Source of the DNA: Octopus sinensis
Lineage: Eukaryota
Assembly (NCBI RefSeq): GCF_006345805.1
Contig: NC_043015.1
Span: 4,650,001 to 4,714,000, forward strand
Length of the DNA stretch: 64,000 nt
Direction: 5' to 3'
A model generated the notes under the pieces. It ran no database searches and was not told where the DNA came from. It worked only from the letters and a program-made list of their open reading frames with translations. Each line of letters starts with the position of its first letter. The first letter of the stretch is position 1. This document shows, one piece after another, positions 14,691 through 27,075 of this stretch. Both the position numbers and the translations under genes were made by a program.

Positions 14691-14695
14691 ATAGT
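14566..14695. repeat. (AGT)n/(AGC)n microsatellite
   Basis: Direct inspection. Confidence 0.97.
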
Positions 14696-15344
14696 AAGAC
14701 GAATGAGACGAAGGGGAAGTAGAGGTGTAGAATATAGTACATGTGCATAACTGTGTGTTTTGGTGTTTATGTGTGCGAGAATCTTACTTCTTAGCCATGC
14801 AACGAAGAGAAATCGTCGTCTACATCGCCATCTCACCAAAATCATATCCGTCCATACCTTCTCGCTCTTTAAACTTTCCCTCTGATCCCTGTCTCTCTCT
14901 CTCTCGCACATAATCACCCTTCCCCAGATACAAACTTATCTATGTCTATCTATCTCTTCCCCGCATTACACAAACACAGAAACATACGCCCAAAGATCCA
15001 GTTAGTCTGACACTGAAGTTACGAAACTAAAATTATAGGAAAATAAACGGACGTTCATTTCCGCCAAGAGTCTTGCAGTCATTTGGCAATTAATAGAAAT
15101 AGTAATTCTTTTAGAGTTTACTGCAAGAAATGCTACGCAACTGTGCTTATCCGTTAGGGAACGATAATAACGAACAATTTGTGTAACAAACCTAATTTAT
15201 TTTGCAATCAAGCTTGCAAAATGTTAAAACAGATGCTTGATTCTCCGAGCCAACATTTCAATTGTTCTCTTTGTGTATTAATTTAAAAGATTTTGAAAAT
15301 TAAAGGTAACTATTTTACTTGCTGCAAGTCTGTGTATGGAATGG

Positions 15345-15726
15345 AAGCACTCCGTCAGTTACGACGATGAGGGTTCCGGTTGATCCGAATCAACGGAACA
15401 GCCTGCTCGTGAAATTAACGTGTAAGTAGCTGAGCACTCCGCAGACACGTGCACCCTTAACGTAGTTCTCGGGGATATTCAGCGTCACACAGAGAGTGAC
15501 AAGGCCGGCCACTTGAAATACAGGTACAACAGAAACAGGAAGTAAGAGTGAGAAAAAGTTGTGGTGAAAGAGTACAGCAGGGATCACGACTATCCCCTGC
15601 CGGAGCCTCCTGGAGCTTTTAGGTGTTTTCGCTCAACAAACACTCAAAACGCCCGGTCTGGGAATCGAAACCGCGATCCTATGACCGCGAGTCCGCTGCC
15701 CTAACCACTGGGCCATTGCGCCTCCA
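15345..15726 (-). mobile_element. tRNA-derived SINE, family D (~380 bp)
   Basis: Minus-strand head GGAGGCGCAATGGCCCAGTGGTTAGGGCAGCGGACTCGCGGTCATAGGATCGCGGTTTCGATTCCCAGACCG has A/B boxes and a tRNA-like fold; the body is unrelated to tRNA. Confidence 0.85.
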
Positions 15727-15816
15727 CAAGTCTGTGTATATACAAGTCTGTTGTAACAAAATGTCTTCTCCGTTTTCGTTCTGTTGATTTTTTCGTCTCC
15801 TTCTGATGTCCTGTAC

Positions 15817-15916
15817 GTATATATATATATATTTATATATGCATGTATATATACATGTAGATGTCGGTACGTACATATATGTTTGTATGTATGCAAATAT
15901 TTTATTAATTGCATAT

Positions 15917-15988
<72 letters not shown>

Positions 15989-15999
15989 ATATTTCATAT

Positions 16000-16055
<56 letters not shown>

Positions 16056-16075
16056 TATATATATGTGTGTGTGTG
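15817..16075. repeat. (TA)n-dominated microsatellite
   Basis: Direct inspection. Confidence 0.95.
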
Positions 16076-16152
16076 AGTGAATGAAAATTAGAGAGCAAAG
16101 CCAAGGCTGTTAGAATTTTCAAGACGTTTATAAAGGCAAACTTAGTTTTTCA

Positions 16153-16195
16153 ATTGCCTCTGGGATACTACGGATATCTCTTCATCAGAGGCAAT
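16153..16195 (-). ncRNA. Hammerhead remnant lacking the GAAA/stem III half
   Basis: ATTGCCT-CTGATGA-A-GAGATA tccgtag TATCCC-AG-AGGCAAT. Stem I has 7 bp and stem II is near-perfect, but the GAAAC..GUH segment is absent. Confidence 0.45.
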
Positions 16196-17077
16196 CTGAG
16201 ATTATTTACATTATTTACATTTGGCGGATATTTGTCCTCGTTTGATGTTAATACAGCATTTCGGCTCATTTTGCTGCAGTCCATGCAGGTTAAAATTGTT
16301 TACTCATAGGCACCTTAGCTTTCCGATCTGAGGGTATGCCGGCTTGCTCATCTAGCCAGCCGGGTGTCGTTATTCTAAAGCTTAAACAACGCACGGCACA
16401 TTTCCTCCAGCAACGTATAAAACCTACTGATATTCTAGTCCATCACGTGAGAATGTGTGTGTGTGTTTGTGAGTGTACATGTGCATGCGTGTGTGTGTGA
16501 ATGGAAAGATAGATGAACCGACGGACGGATATATGGATGTATAGTGCTGAAGCAAATTAGAAACACATACAGACTAAGAGAAAAACGCAACGTAAATAAA
16601 TCATACAACAACGACATAAAAATACCATTCATTCTTTCATAAACACGTCGCCATTTTTTCTCTCATTTGTGTTTTTTGTGTTTATTCATCAATCATAACA
16701 ACAAAATAGTAGCAGAGGAAAAAATGAGACTTATAGAAAAGACGATAATAACATAAATATAAGAACAACGAAAAGGATGAGGAAAAAATGTAAGAAAGTA
16801 AGTAAAAATAAATAAAACACAGATGAAAAAATAGTATAAAAAATAAAGTTCGTTATGAAGAGAAATAGCATCGATGGCTTAAGAAGCAGAAGGTGAAAGA
16901 ATTAAATGATAAAGAACGTCATGTGATATATAATGGAGCACACACGCACACATATACACACACATTGACACCCACACATACACGCACTGAGGGAATGAGA
17001 GGGAGGTAAAATGATAGATGCATCGACATATAGATAGATAGAGAGAGAGATGGAATGAAAGGTAAACAGATAGATTA

Positions 17078-17079
17078 TC

Positions 17080-17122
<43 letters not shown>

Positions 17123-17231
17123 GTGTGTGTGTGTGTGTGTGTGTGTGCCTGCGTGTGAGCATTTGTGACTGTTTGTGTGTGGCAAAGGAAAGACGGAACA
17201 TGGAATATACACGTATACACACACACATATA

Positions 17232-17273
<42 letters not shown>

Positions 17274-17932
17274 TATATGTATATACATATATATGTGTAA
17301 ATATATATATATATGTATACATATATATATATATATATACATACATTATATACATATATATATATTCGTATATACAGAATTATATATATAAAGGTAGATA
17401 AATATGTATATGTACGTACGTATGTGTACGTATGCATAAATACGTGTATATTGCTGTATATCTAAATATATACATGTATATATGCGTAATAGTGTTTCGT
17501 ACGAGAATAAGAAGTTCTGCTGAAAAAAATAATAGTATAAAATCAATTTCCCATCAAATGGTAACGATATTTGAATAAAGATGATGGCAAGCAACAAGCT
17601 GCTGATGATGATGATGTTTAAGATGATGATTAAGATGGTGGTTGTGGTGGTGGTGATGATGTTGATGATGATGAGGATGATGATGATGATGATGATGGTG
17701 GTGGCTGTGATGACGATGATGGTGATGATTATGATGATGACGTCGACGACAGCGATGAGGATCGTGATCATGAGAGTGATGATGATGATGATTCTGATAA
17801 TGACTTCGATGAGGATGGTGGTCATCATGAGAGTGATCTCGATCATAACGATATTTATACAAATATGGAGAAAAAAAATAAATACTAGCATCCGCAGTAA
17901 AGAGGGAATATGAAAATAAGTCAAACGAAAAC

Positions 17933-17967
<35 letters not shown>

Positions 17968-18205
17968 CAACATCAGCAGTAGTAGTAGTAGCAACAGCAG
18001 CAGTAGTAGTAGTAGTAACAGCAGCAGCAGTAGTAGTAGTAGCAATAGTAGTAGTAGTAGCAGCAGCAGTAGTAGTAGTAGTAGTAATAGTAGTAGTAGT
18101 ATAAGTAGTAGTAGTAGCAATAGTAGTAGTAGTAGTCGTAGGAAGACGTGTATGTTGAGGTGGAGCAGAAGCAGCAGTAGTACTAGTGGTAGTAGTAATA
18201 ATAGA
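17078..18205. repeat. Cluster of (TA)n, (TG)n, (ATG)n (17581-17850) and (AGT/AGC)n (17932-18205) microsatellites
   Basis: Direct inspection. Confidence 0.93.
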
Positions 18206-18809
18206 TGAAAAAGAAGAAAACGAATAAGAACAGCAAGAGAATGATAAAGATGAAGAAGATGCTATAAAGAATGAGAGGCATTAGAAGCGGAGTTGCAAGA
18301 TATATGGAAGAAGAAGCAGAAGATATATAGAGGACGGGGGAGAGGAGAGGGAGAGGAGGGGGAGAGGAGAGGGAGAGGAGGGGGAGAGTAAGGCAAAGAA
18401 AGGAGGAGGATTAGATGAATACTGTCGGTTATTTCAGTATGACTGTGTAATAATGTTGGTTCAAAGATAAAATAAATAAAAAAATATTCAAGATGATGTA
18501 AAAGAAATATATAAATAAACACTATGATGCGAAATTGCGAAAAAAATATATATATAGCATAAATGTTTAATTATCAGTTTAAGAAATCACAAACCACCGA
18601 ATACCAAAGTAGACATGAAGAAATTGCAAGCGCAAACCTGCAACTTATGAAAAAGACAAAAAAAAAAAAAACAACAGCATCTCAGATATTTCTGATGTTC
18701 AGATATCGCAGATAAAAGAATCACACAAATGTAAATCGAATGTAGATATTTCCAGACAAAACAATAGATTTAACCTTAGACGCACTGCGATGACTGTCTA
18801 CGTAAATTT

Positions 18810-18866
18810 GTATATGTGTATATATGTATGTATGTATATATGTATGTATGTTTGTATGTATATATG

Positions 18867-18922
<56 letters not shown>

Positions 18923-18935
18923 CATACATATATAC

Positions 18936-19005
<70 letters not shown>

Positions 19006-19021
19006 TATGCATATTTACATC

Positions 19022-19060
<39 letters not shown>

Positions 19061-19135
19061 AATAGAGAGTAATATGTTTGTATGAATATGCATACATATG
19101 TATGTATATATATATATATATATATATATACATAC

Positions 19136-19172
<37 letters not shown>

Positions 19173-19177
19173 CTGTG

Positions 19178-19212
<35 letters not shown>

Positions 19213-19225
19213 GTGTCTGTTTGTA
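18810..19225. repeat. (TA)n/(TATG)n/(GA)n/(TCTG)n microsatellite cluster
   Basis: Direct inspection. Confidence 0.93.
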
Positions 19226-19934
19226 CTTGTGTATGTAGATAAATAGTTAAACATTACATATTCATGTAGGCAGGTTCAAACAAGCAATATGCTGGACGTT
19301 CTTTGTGTGACAAAGGAAAATATCCTGTTCAGTTTTGTCAACAATTTTTTGAACACACTGTATATAACGCTGATCAGTATTCCGTGACAATGCCGTTTCT
19401 GCAGGATGTGTCTCCTCAGCCAGAAGTACCCAGAAACGTGCGTCTAGCGGAAGCCGCAGAATTGTTGTGCTGACCTGTGATTCTATCTGTCAACATATAA
19501 CAAACCGCCTACAATGAGATAAGGGGTGAATATTTGCATATTTATTCCTAACAGCTGATTTACCTTGTATGTTTGCCGATATCGAAATAGTCAGTTAGTC
19601 GAGGAGGACGTACTCTTTGGCCAGCAGAGAAGTTTCTGATAATACAAGGACAAAAATCTAAAAATACGTACGTGAACAATAAGATTGAAATCATTAGAGG
19701 ATTCTTACTCATCAAGTCCTATTACTTATCCGCTTGAAAACATTGAAGAACTACCCAACTTGAACATCCGATGAGTATGTATCAACATTAGTCAACTAAA
19801 TATTTCTAAAAATGATAACACTAAGTGTACAAAGATATGTATGCATAGCATAGAAAATATAAAGCGTAGCTCAACTAGGTAAACCAACAATCATACTATT
19901 TCTACAAGCTATCAATATTTTAATAAGGCATCCT

Positions 19935-20048
19935 TTCGGGGTCAATTGAATAAGTACCATTTACGCAGAGGAGTCGATGTAATCGACTTAATCCGTGTGT
20001 CTGTCCTTGTTGTCTCCTTTATGTTTAGCCCCCTGTTGGCAATAAAAA
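19935..20048 (+). mobile_element. SINE family A 3' fragment
   Basis: CCTTTCGGGGTC...GTCGATGTAATCGACTTAATCC...TGTTTAGCCCC matches the family A tail. Confidence 0.7.
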
Positions 20049-20319
20049 ATGAATATTTTAATAATGCATTGTTCAATTAACTACGAAATTAGTTATTTAC
20101 CCTGGTAAATTCTGTCCATTTAAATCACGTGATATCAAGTTAATACCGGCAGTTTTGGTAAATGATGTATCATTTAAAGACTTGTTACATGCTGTGAGAG
20201 TCACAAACAAAACTTAGAAGCAAAATATGAAACCACTTCACGTAAAAGAAATAGAATTACATCACATAATCTAAGTACACTTATATGGTTATTAGAATGA
20301 GCGACATGCTGGGACACTG

Positions 20320-20672
20320 TTGGTTCGGCAATGTGATAAGAAGGTTGCTTCTCAACCCAATGGTTTCGGTTTCAATCCTACTGGGTGGAAATTTGGACAC
20401 CTGCTTATTACTATAGCCTCAGCCGAACTAAAGCATTGTGAGCCGATGTGGTAGAAGGAAATTGAAAGAAGCCCACCGTATATAATACGAGTATTTATTT
20501 ATGTGTGCGTGTGTGTGTGTCTCATTGTGCTTCTGGTTGGTGTGCTTACCACTCCGAGAGCTAGCGGTTTGGCGAATGGCACTGCTATTAAGTATTAGGC
20601 TTACAAAGAATAAGTCCTGGGATCGATGTCTTTGCCGAAAGGCGATGCTCCAGCGTGGCCGCAGTCAAGAGT
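20320..20672 (+). mobile_element. SINE family B (CORE-like), decayed
   Basis: GGTTTCAATCCTACTG...CTACTATAGCCTCAGCCGA...AAAGAAGCCC, internal (TG)n, and tail GATGCTCCAGCGTGGCCGCAGTC as in 35152-35690. Confidence 0.8.
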
Positions 20673-21221
20673 TCGTGTGCATGTGTAGCGTGCGTGTGTG
20701 CGCGCGAGAGTGTGTGTGTTATAAACACACACAAATTCATATCTAGGGTGAATGCAAGCATTTATTATTCTAGGATTTTTTCAATGACTTACTTCCGCTG
20801 GCATATACCTCGATGCACTATTTTACATATAAAATAATTCGACAGGATCATGCAAAAAAAAGTATATACATAATTGTAATCTCGTACATCTGCGTGAGGG
20901 GAGGTATATACATATTATATCTGTAAGCCAAGAGTTTAGAGACAACATAGAATAAAAAGCAACAACATCGGAACGACAAGCCAGATTAATGATCAATATA
21001 CACATCACACGCAGACATCATCCATGTCTATACGCGACAGTAATTAATGAAAAAAACATAACTACATCGACATCATATACGATTGGAAGTACTAAATTAT
21101 ATGTGTGTGTGTTCGACAGAAATGTTACTACTCTACCATATATATTTACATTATATTTATATGAAATTGCAGGTTTATTTGAAAATTGCATTGTTCGAAC
21201 GATTTGTTGCAATCTTATTTA

Positions 21222-21440
21222 TTTATTGCCCAGAAAGGGCTAAACATAGAGGGCACAAACAAGGACATTAAGACGATTACATTGACGCCAGTGTGTAATT
21301 GGTACTTATTCAATCGACCCCGAAAAGATGAAAGGCAAAGTCAAACTCGGCGGAATTTGAACTCAGAACGTAACGGCAGACGAAATACCGCTTAGCATTT
21401 CGCCCGGCGGACTAACGATTCTACCAGCTCACCGCCTTCA
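21222..21440 (-). mobile_element. SINE family A, near full length
   Basis: Homologous to 3402-3633; imperfect TSD TTTGT(T/A)GCAATCTTATT at ~21203 and ~21446. Confidence 0.88.
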
Positions 21441-21734
21441 CCATTTTGTAGCAATCTTATTATTATTGTAATACAAAGAAGACCAAAAAGCACTGAAGGG
21501 ATACAATTTATACAATTAATAATAACCATCTCATTTGTTTCAACTATTCCATCGTATGATTACCAAATAACATACTATTCTGATTACGCAAGTTCATTTC
21601 ATCTAATCCTTTTTCAGTTATATCACGTTTATTATTCATAATTTTTCACTTTATTTGACAGTTACTTACTAACCAGCTGCAAGATTTAATGAAAGAATAT
21701 AATCACGTAGGCGAAAGAGTGGCGAAAGAGGTTA

Positions 21735-21885
21735 CTTACAAACCACATGGTTTGTAAAGAGTAGCGAAGAGTTTACTTAGAAACCACATGGTTCCGGGTT
21801 CAGTCCCACTACGTGCAAGTGTCTTCTACTATAGCCTTGTGGGTGGATTTCGTAGACGGAAAATGTAAGAAGCCCGTCGTATGTA
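21735..21885 (+). mobile_element. SINE family B 5' part with duplicated head
   Basis: AAACCACATGGTTCCGGGTTCAGTCCCACTACGTG...GTGTCTTCTACTATAGCC...AGAAGCCCGTCGTAT. Confidence 0.8.
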
Positions 21886-21939
21886 TATATACATCTACTT
21901 ATATGTCTGTGAGGAAAGAGGTTGTTTTTTCCTAAGTAT

Positions 21940-22450
21940 ATTTATCCAGGCTTACACCAATTTAGCTGCATATGAGTTAAGGATATAACGAGACTAACTC
22001 GGAAGATATAGTATACAAGCGGAGTATATTTGGTAAGGAAACAAGTAATGCTCCTAAATAATAATCTATGATTGTTCCAAGGAGGTTCGTTGTCCATTGA
22101 AATATTTGTAGAGAAAATTATGTTATATACGGGAGTGATGTAACATCGGAGGGAATGTATTACTACAATATAGGTCCTACTGAAAATTATATAAGAAGAA
22201 GGGTAGCGAACCATGAACGTAGCTTTACGGATAGGAAAAAAGAAACAGGCACTAATTTTGGTAAATTAATTTAGGTGATTAATGATAAAAAATAGGGAAT
22301 ATACACTTATCTAGGAAAAAATTAGCCGGGCAAAAATTGGTAAAGATTGATGTGAATTCTGCGGAATTGAGGACATTTATCAAATTCTTATGTCAAATCA
22401 CGAATACGTCAGCAAGAAGATGAAAGGGGAATTGTTGCGTGTATAGGGTT
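21940..22450 (+). pseudogene. Decayed Penelope-like element GIY-YIG endonuclease region (Naiad-like pattern)
   Basis: Manual translation across frameshifts: DCSKEVRCPLK..RENYVIYGSDVTSEGMYYYNIGPTENYIRRRVANHERSF...NFGKLI...CEFCGIED. This fits the CxxxxxCPL..VIY..YIGxTE..R..NH..SF..CxLC pattern of PLE endonucleases. Confidence 0.6.
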
Positions 22451-23374
22451 AAATATACTTTTAGTAACCTCAATAAATTGAAACTAATATAATTAAATAG
22501 AAACCGTGTGAATAATAGAATTGTGCATTAGAAGAATTCTTAAAGTATACTTTGGTTAATTTCAAATAATTTTAGATCAAAATTAAACATTATGCGGATT
22601 CTAGCCAAGAATAATGCTTCTAATATTAATCAAATTAACGACTGATGTAAGAACACAAACTGTCAACTAATGTATCTAACTAAATACATAATACTATTAA
22701 AAAGAGGAGAAGGGGATTATTTGTCTGCTTATTAAGTTAAACAAATACTCATTTATTGAATTTAAATAAATTGAATTTATGAATAATACAATACCTATAT
22801 TCCTTAAGTTAAATATACTTCCTTTGTATTTAAATAATTTTGGGAAAACAAGCACTGTGTGCATGATATTTATGCATTATAATTCTATACCATTAATTTA
22901 TTAAACAATTATAAGTAGGAAATGAAACTATCAACTAATATATCGCAACAAATAATTTATTTTAATAACAACTAATAAAGGTTCTTAAAATAGGAATAAA
23001 GAAAAACTACCCGATCGAAAGATAGGAAAGAAAAAAGAAGCCTAACAGTTCAGAGTTCAACTTTCTGATCGTGTAATAATTCGTAAGTCCTTAAGTGCAA
23101 TCTTGCTCAAATCCATGAAGATTTCCTACTTCACACCTATATACTAGAAGAATACCACTGTAACCTACTATTCTCTTTAAATTACTTTCATTTACTTTAT
23201 TGTCCTTTACCAATTCCTGTCTCATATCTTCTTGACTGTCTTTGTACACTATATTCTTAGACTATATTTCTATATACTTTACTTTATTTTTCATGTTAAT
23301 CCTTAACTTCCTTCCTTACTTTGCCTTTTGTCCTTCTACTAAAATTTCGAACCTTGTGGCTAAATTTAAAAAAA

Positions 23375-23520
23375 AAAATCTCCTTAATTTGAGTTCAAAT
23401 TCCACCGAGGTCGAGTTTGCCTTTCATATTTTCGGGGTCGATAAATTAAATAACAATTCCGTTCTTGCACCGATCTAATCGACTGGCACTTTCCTCAGAA
23501 ATTTCGGGCTTTGCTTAGAA
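23375..23520 (+). mobile_element. SINE family A-related fragment
   Basis: GAGTTCAAATTCCACCGAGGTCGAGTTTGCCTTTCAT...GGGGTCGATAAATTAA. Confidence 0.75.
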
Positions 23521-23814
23521 AAGAATATTCTTTATCTCCTATGTCTTCCCTATTGCACTAACCTCGTGCAAAATATATGCAGGGATAACATACTGTTTCC
23601 CTTTCACAATGTTTAAGACACACACACATGCACAAACATACACACACACGTGCACACACACACACACGTACACATAAACACACACACATGTGAACATACT
23701 TAATTCTATATATCTCGTTCTTTAAGCAAGGTCCTCATATATTTTGATGTATACATATCTATCTATCTTTCCCTCTTTACATCTATCTATCTATATCAAT
23801 ATATATCTACCTAT

Positions 23815-23836
23815 CTATATACATATATATATATAT

Positions 23837-23895
<59 letters not shown>

Positions 23896-23990
23896 CGTAC
23901 ATACATACATACATACATACATACATACATAAATACATACATGGAAACATGTATGATATAAATACATACATGGAAACATGTATGATATAT
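23815..23990. repeat. (TA)n-(AGAT)n-(ACAT)n compound microsatellite
   Basis: Direct inspection. Confidence 0.95.
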
Positions 23991-24262
23991 AGATAGATAT
24001 TATTTATAAATCTAATATTAGTTTCATTCACATTCTCAAATATTTGCAATGTTGTGTGATATTCTTATTCTGCAAGTATATTTGTTCTGCGATATCCCTT
24101 TTGGTTTTATAATGCTTTTATTATTCATAATTAAGCACATCTCACTTTACTTGACAGTTATCTTTCTTCCTGTTTATTATTTTAAATTCCAGAGAACATA
24201 ATGTTATATGTGTGTGTGTTGGTGTGCGTGTTTGTTAGTTTGTGAGTGTGTGTGTGTTAGTA

Positions 24263-24302
<40 letters not shown>

Positions 24303-24494
24303 TACACACATACATGCACGCACCCACACACGTACACACACACATGTACATATATACTTATACATATATATATATATATATACACACACATACACACATA
24401 CATGCACGCACCCACACACGTACACACACACATGTACATATATACTTATACATATATATATATATATATATACATCAATAACAAAGTCACTTTG

Positions 24495-24680
24495 ATCCCT
24501 CTCCTTTTTTCTCTCCTTGTTTTTTTTTCTGTGTATCTTTCTGTCGAAGAGCGTAAGCTCGAAACGTAAAAGACTGTTGCTATTCCTGAGCGCTATATTA
24601 ATACATTTGTTTCTTTCTATTCCACCTGCCTTCGTCTTTTGTTTACTTTCGTAAACTTTACCTTTATATTTGTACATTAT
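24495..24680 (+). mobile_element. Family H element, copy 2
   Basis: Homologous to 13500-13715 (reverse) and 52343-52530. Confidence 0.8.
24536..24573 (+). ncRNA. Degenerate minimal type I hammerhead motif
   Basis: TCTTT-CTGTCGA-A-GAGC gtaa GCTC-GAAA-CGT-A-AAAGA. Confidence 0.55.
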
Positions 24681-24699
24681 TGTTTTGAGAAAGACTTAC

Positions 24700-25420
24700 T
24701 CTTTTACACAACCATTTATATGAATTTCAATTATTACTTATGTCTGTAAGTACCCTGTTCTTCAATTCGGCTAGGGAGTTCACCATGACAGCAGCAATAG
24801 GAACCAAACTGTTATCTCCATTCACATTAAATGTTCCTTACCCATTTCATAATTGGAGGGACCAGGTTGAAATGTGTTTTGCACATCGGTCCCCATGTAG
24901 TGAAGCTCACACGTTAGAATTGAAGGAGAATTTCAGTACTTAGTTCAATAGGCGTGAAGACTTAACGCGTGCCTTTATTTCATCATATCTTCTTCTTCTC
25001 AGAATCACAGATAATGCCTCACTGATGTCTCCTGGTATAAGTAATATAACTCCTCCAATAAATTTATTGTTGCCTTTGATAATCCTGTAAGGTCTTACCA
25101 AGAACTTCCTTTGCAACTCTATGTGACATGGGGCATTCATTCCAAATGATAAGTTGGTATTGGCATAACACTTATTTGCTTATGTTACATATTAGACCGT
25201 TACTTGTGACCAGATGTAATGGTAATTTAAAAGCTTAATGAGCTGTTCGTCCTCCTGGCAGAAAGCTGGAAACAAACGTAGACAATGTTACAGTAACTCC
25301 AATTGTGTTTGCTGTATTTCTTTTGAGAGAAGTAATATTAAATGAGTTTTACCTGTGTTACCAGGAGCATCAAGAAAGGAAATTTCTCTGTTTATTCTCT
25401 GCCGATTGTGGAGCGCCACC
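24700..25420 (-). pseudogene. Helitron Pif1-like helicase fragment
   Basis: Motifs in correct order: FLDAPGNTGKTHLI (I), LPGGRTAH*AFKLPL (Ia), LIIWNECPMSH (II), GGVILLIPGD...YDEIKARVKSS (III), SLHGD...NSLAELKNRV (IV region). Many stops and frameshifts. Confidence 0.88.
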
Positions 25421-26289
25421 CGAAGACACGTATACACAACACACACACACACACACACACACAAATACACACATAGATATATATTACAGCATCAAACATC
25501 AACTGAAATGGACCTGTGTGTATGAGAGAGAGAGGGTGAGTGAATGAATAGGTCTGTTGTCATGTTTACGTACATTCATAAATATATAGTCATACATCTT
25601 TTTCGTGTGTATGTGAGCGTGTGTGAGAGAGAGAGAGTGTGCGCCATTTAGACAATACTATGTCTCTCACACACACATAAACAAAGAAAATGTATGCATA
25701 TACATATATATGTATGTATCTACATATTTAGAGCCATATATTCGTAAGATATATATGCGTGTGTCTGCGTATTAATTGTTATGTTTGTATTAATATTTCC
25801 CATAGGCATTTTCATATTGATCGAATATAGTACTAAAAAGGAAATTAAATAAACGACACATGAAGACAATTACGTAGCTGCTCCCTTGTTGTTTATATAA
25901 TTCCTCACGGGAATCCTCACACACAGACACAGACACAATATTGAAGTGAAGTACGAATGTATATGAGTTACAAAGGGACCTCGAACACGTGCTAAACAGG
26001 CTGAGGTAAATCTGTTTTTGAAAGATCTGGCGGTACTGCGCAAAGTATACCTTTCGGCAGTAGTGTACTTCCACTTCCCCGTCAGAGAAATAGACTCTAA
26101 CCAGATTTAAATCTGAATAATTCCGACAAATATGGAAGCGTCAGGTACTTACCTGAGAGGAAATTAATCTATTTTCATTAACTATGCAATGTTGGTTGTA
26201 AGATGCTGCACTCGCTGATGTTTCGGCAAGCAATGACACTTACTGCGTCTGCACATATATCTAGATTACTGCGATTGTGTCAACGACAA

Positions 26290-26870
26290 CGACAAAAACA
26301 AAGTACTAAATAACTTTTCACAATTCGTCTAAATGTTTGCTATACAGTCGTCAGTCAAACATAGACCAAGATTTCGCTTTTGGCATCTAGAACACTATCG
26401 TCAACAAGCGAGCACTTTCACTAAAATATTTAATTTTGTGTGGAGAAAGGCATTGTGTTTGAAACTTTCAAACAAACCACCTGTTGTATCAATAATACCT
26501 CAGTCGTGTTACTACTCCCAAATCGTTCGATCGAGAATGCTTTCTCTCCGCCATCTTTGCAGTAGAGCGCTTCCAAGAGGAATGAAGTATGTATGTCATG
26601 TGGAAATATAACTAATAGGGCAAACAATCGTTACTTGGTGATTCTCGCCCTTCACAGCGGTTCAGGACATCTGGCACGCCTGCTGAAATCGGCTTCCGCA
26701 ATACTGAATCACGTTGTCCAAGAAGCACCGCAAACAATCGATTTAGTTCTCAAACCCCGCTGTCTCAAGTATCCCAATTCTCGATGGAGCCCTACGAAAT
26801 CACTGCACTCATCTTATGGAATCGGAGATCGCACGGCTTCACCCTTCCTCCTCAGCCCTAATTCTGGCAT
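26290..26870 (-). pseudogene. Strongly decayed RTE-clade LINE reverse transcriptase fragment
   Basis: Traces of xQCGFR, TTGGLF, and LxxDDSVLxAKSE, resembling the RTE motif LLFADDCALxAHSE. Confidence 0.45.
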
Positions 26871-26959
26871 TTTCTTCTAAGTAGAAGTTATAAACAATAT
26901 TGATTTCAAATTTGAGCACATGGCCAGCAATTTTGAGATTTGGGTACTTCGGCTACATG

Positions 26960-27075
26960 AGATAACAAAAGCAGAGTCGACCTCAACAAGACTTGAAATT
27001 AGTTCATAATGTGAAGACGGACGAAATACTGCAAAGTACATTTCCCGGCATGTTAGTGCTTCTGCATGCTCACCT
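26960..27075 (-). mobile_element. Decayed SINE family A-related fragment
   Basis: AGTCGACCTCAACAAGACTTGAAAT...GACGAAATACTGCAAAG..TTTCCCGGCATGTTAG. Confidence 0.6.

Noticed and set aside
15650-15726. tRNA genes at SINE heads (also 35152, 36113, 58755)
   Set aside because: The tRNA-like heads continue into SINE bodies present in multiple copies and lack a proper acceptor stem end.
19390-19473. Short ORF MPFLQDVSPQPEVPRNVRLAEAAELLC* resembling a fibronectin-III start
   Set aside because: Only 27 codons; it terminates immediately and lacks the other FN3 residues.
25960-26090. GSGSTLLPKG...PDLSKTD peptide resembling Helitron motif Ia
   Set aside because: It is out of order relative to the Helitron at 24700-25420, which already has motif Ia, and is too short to call.
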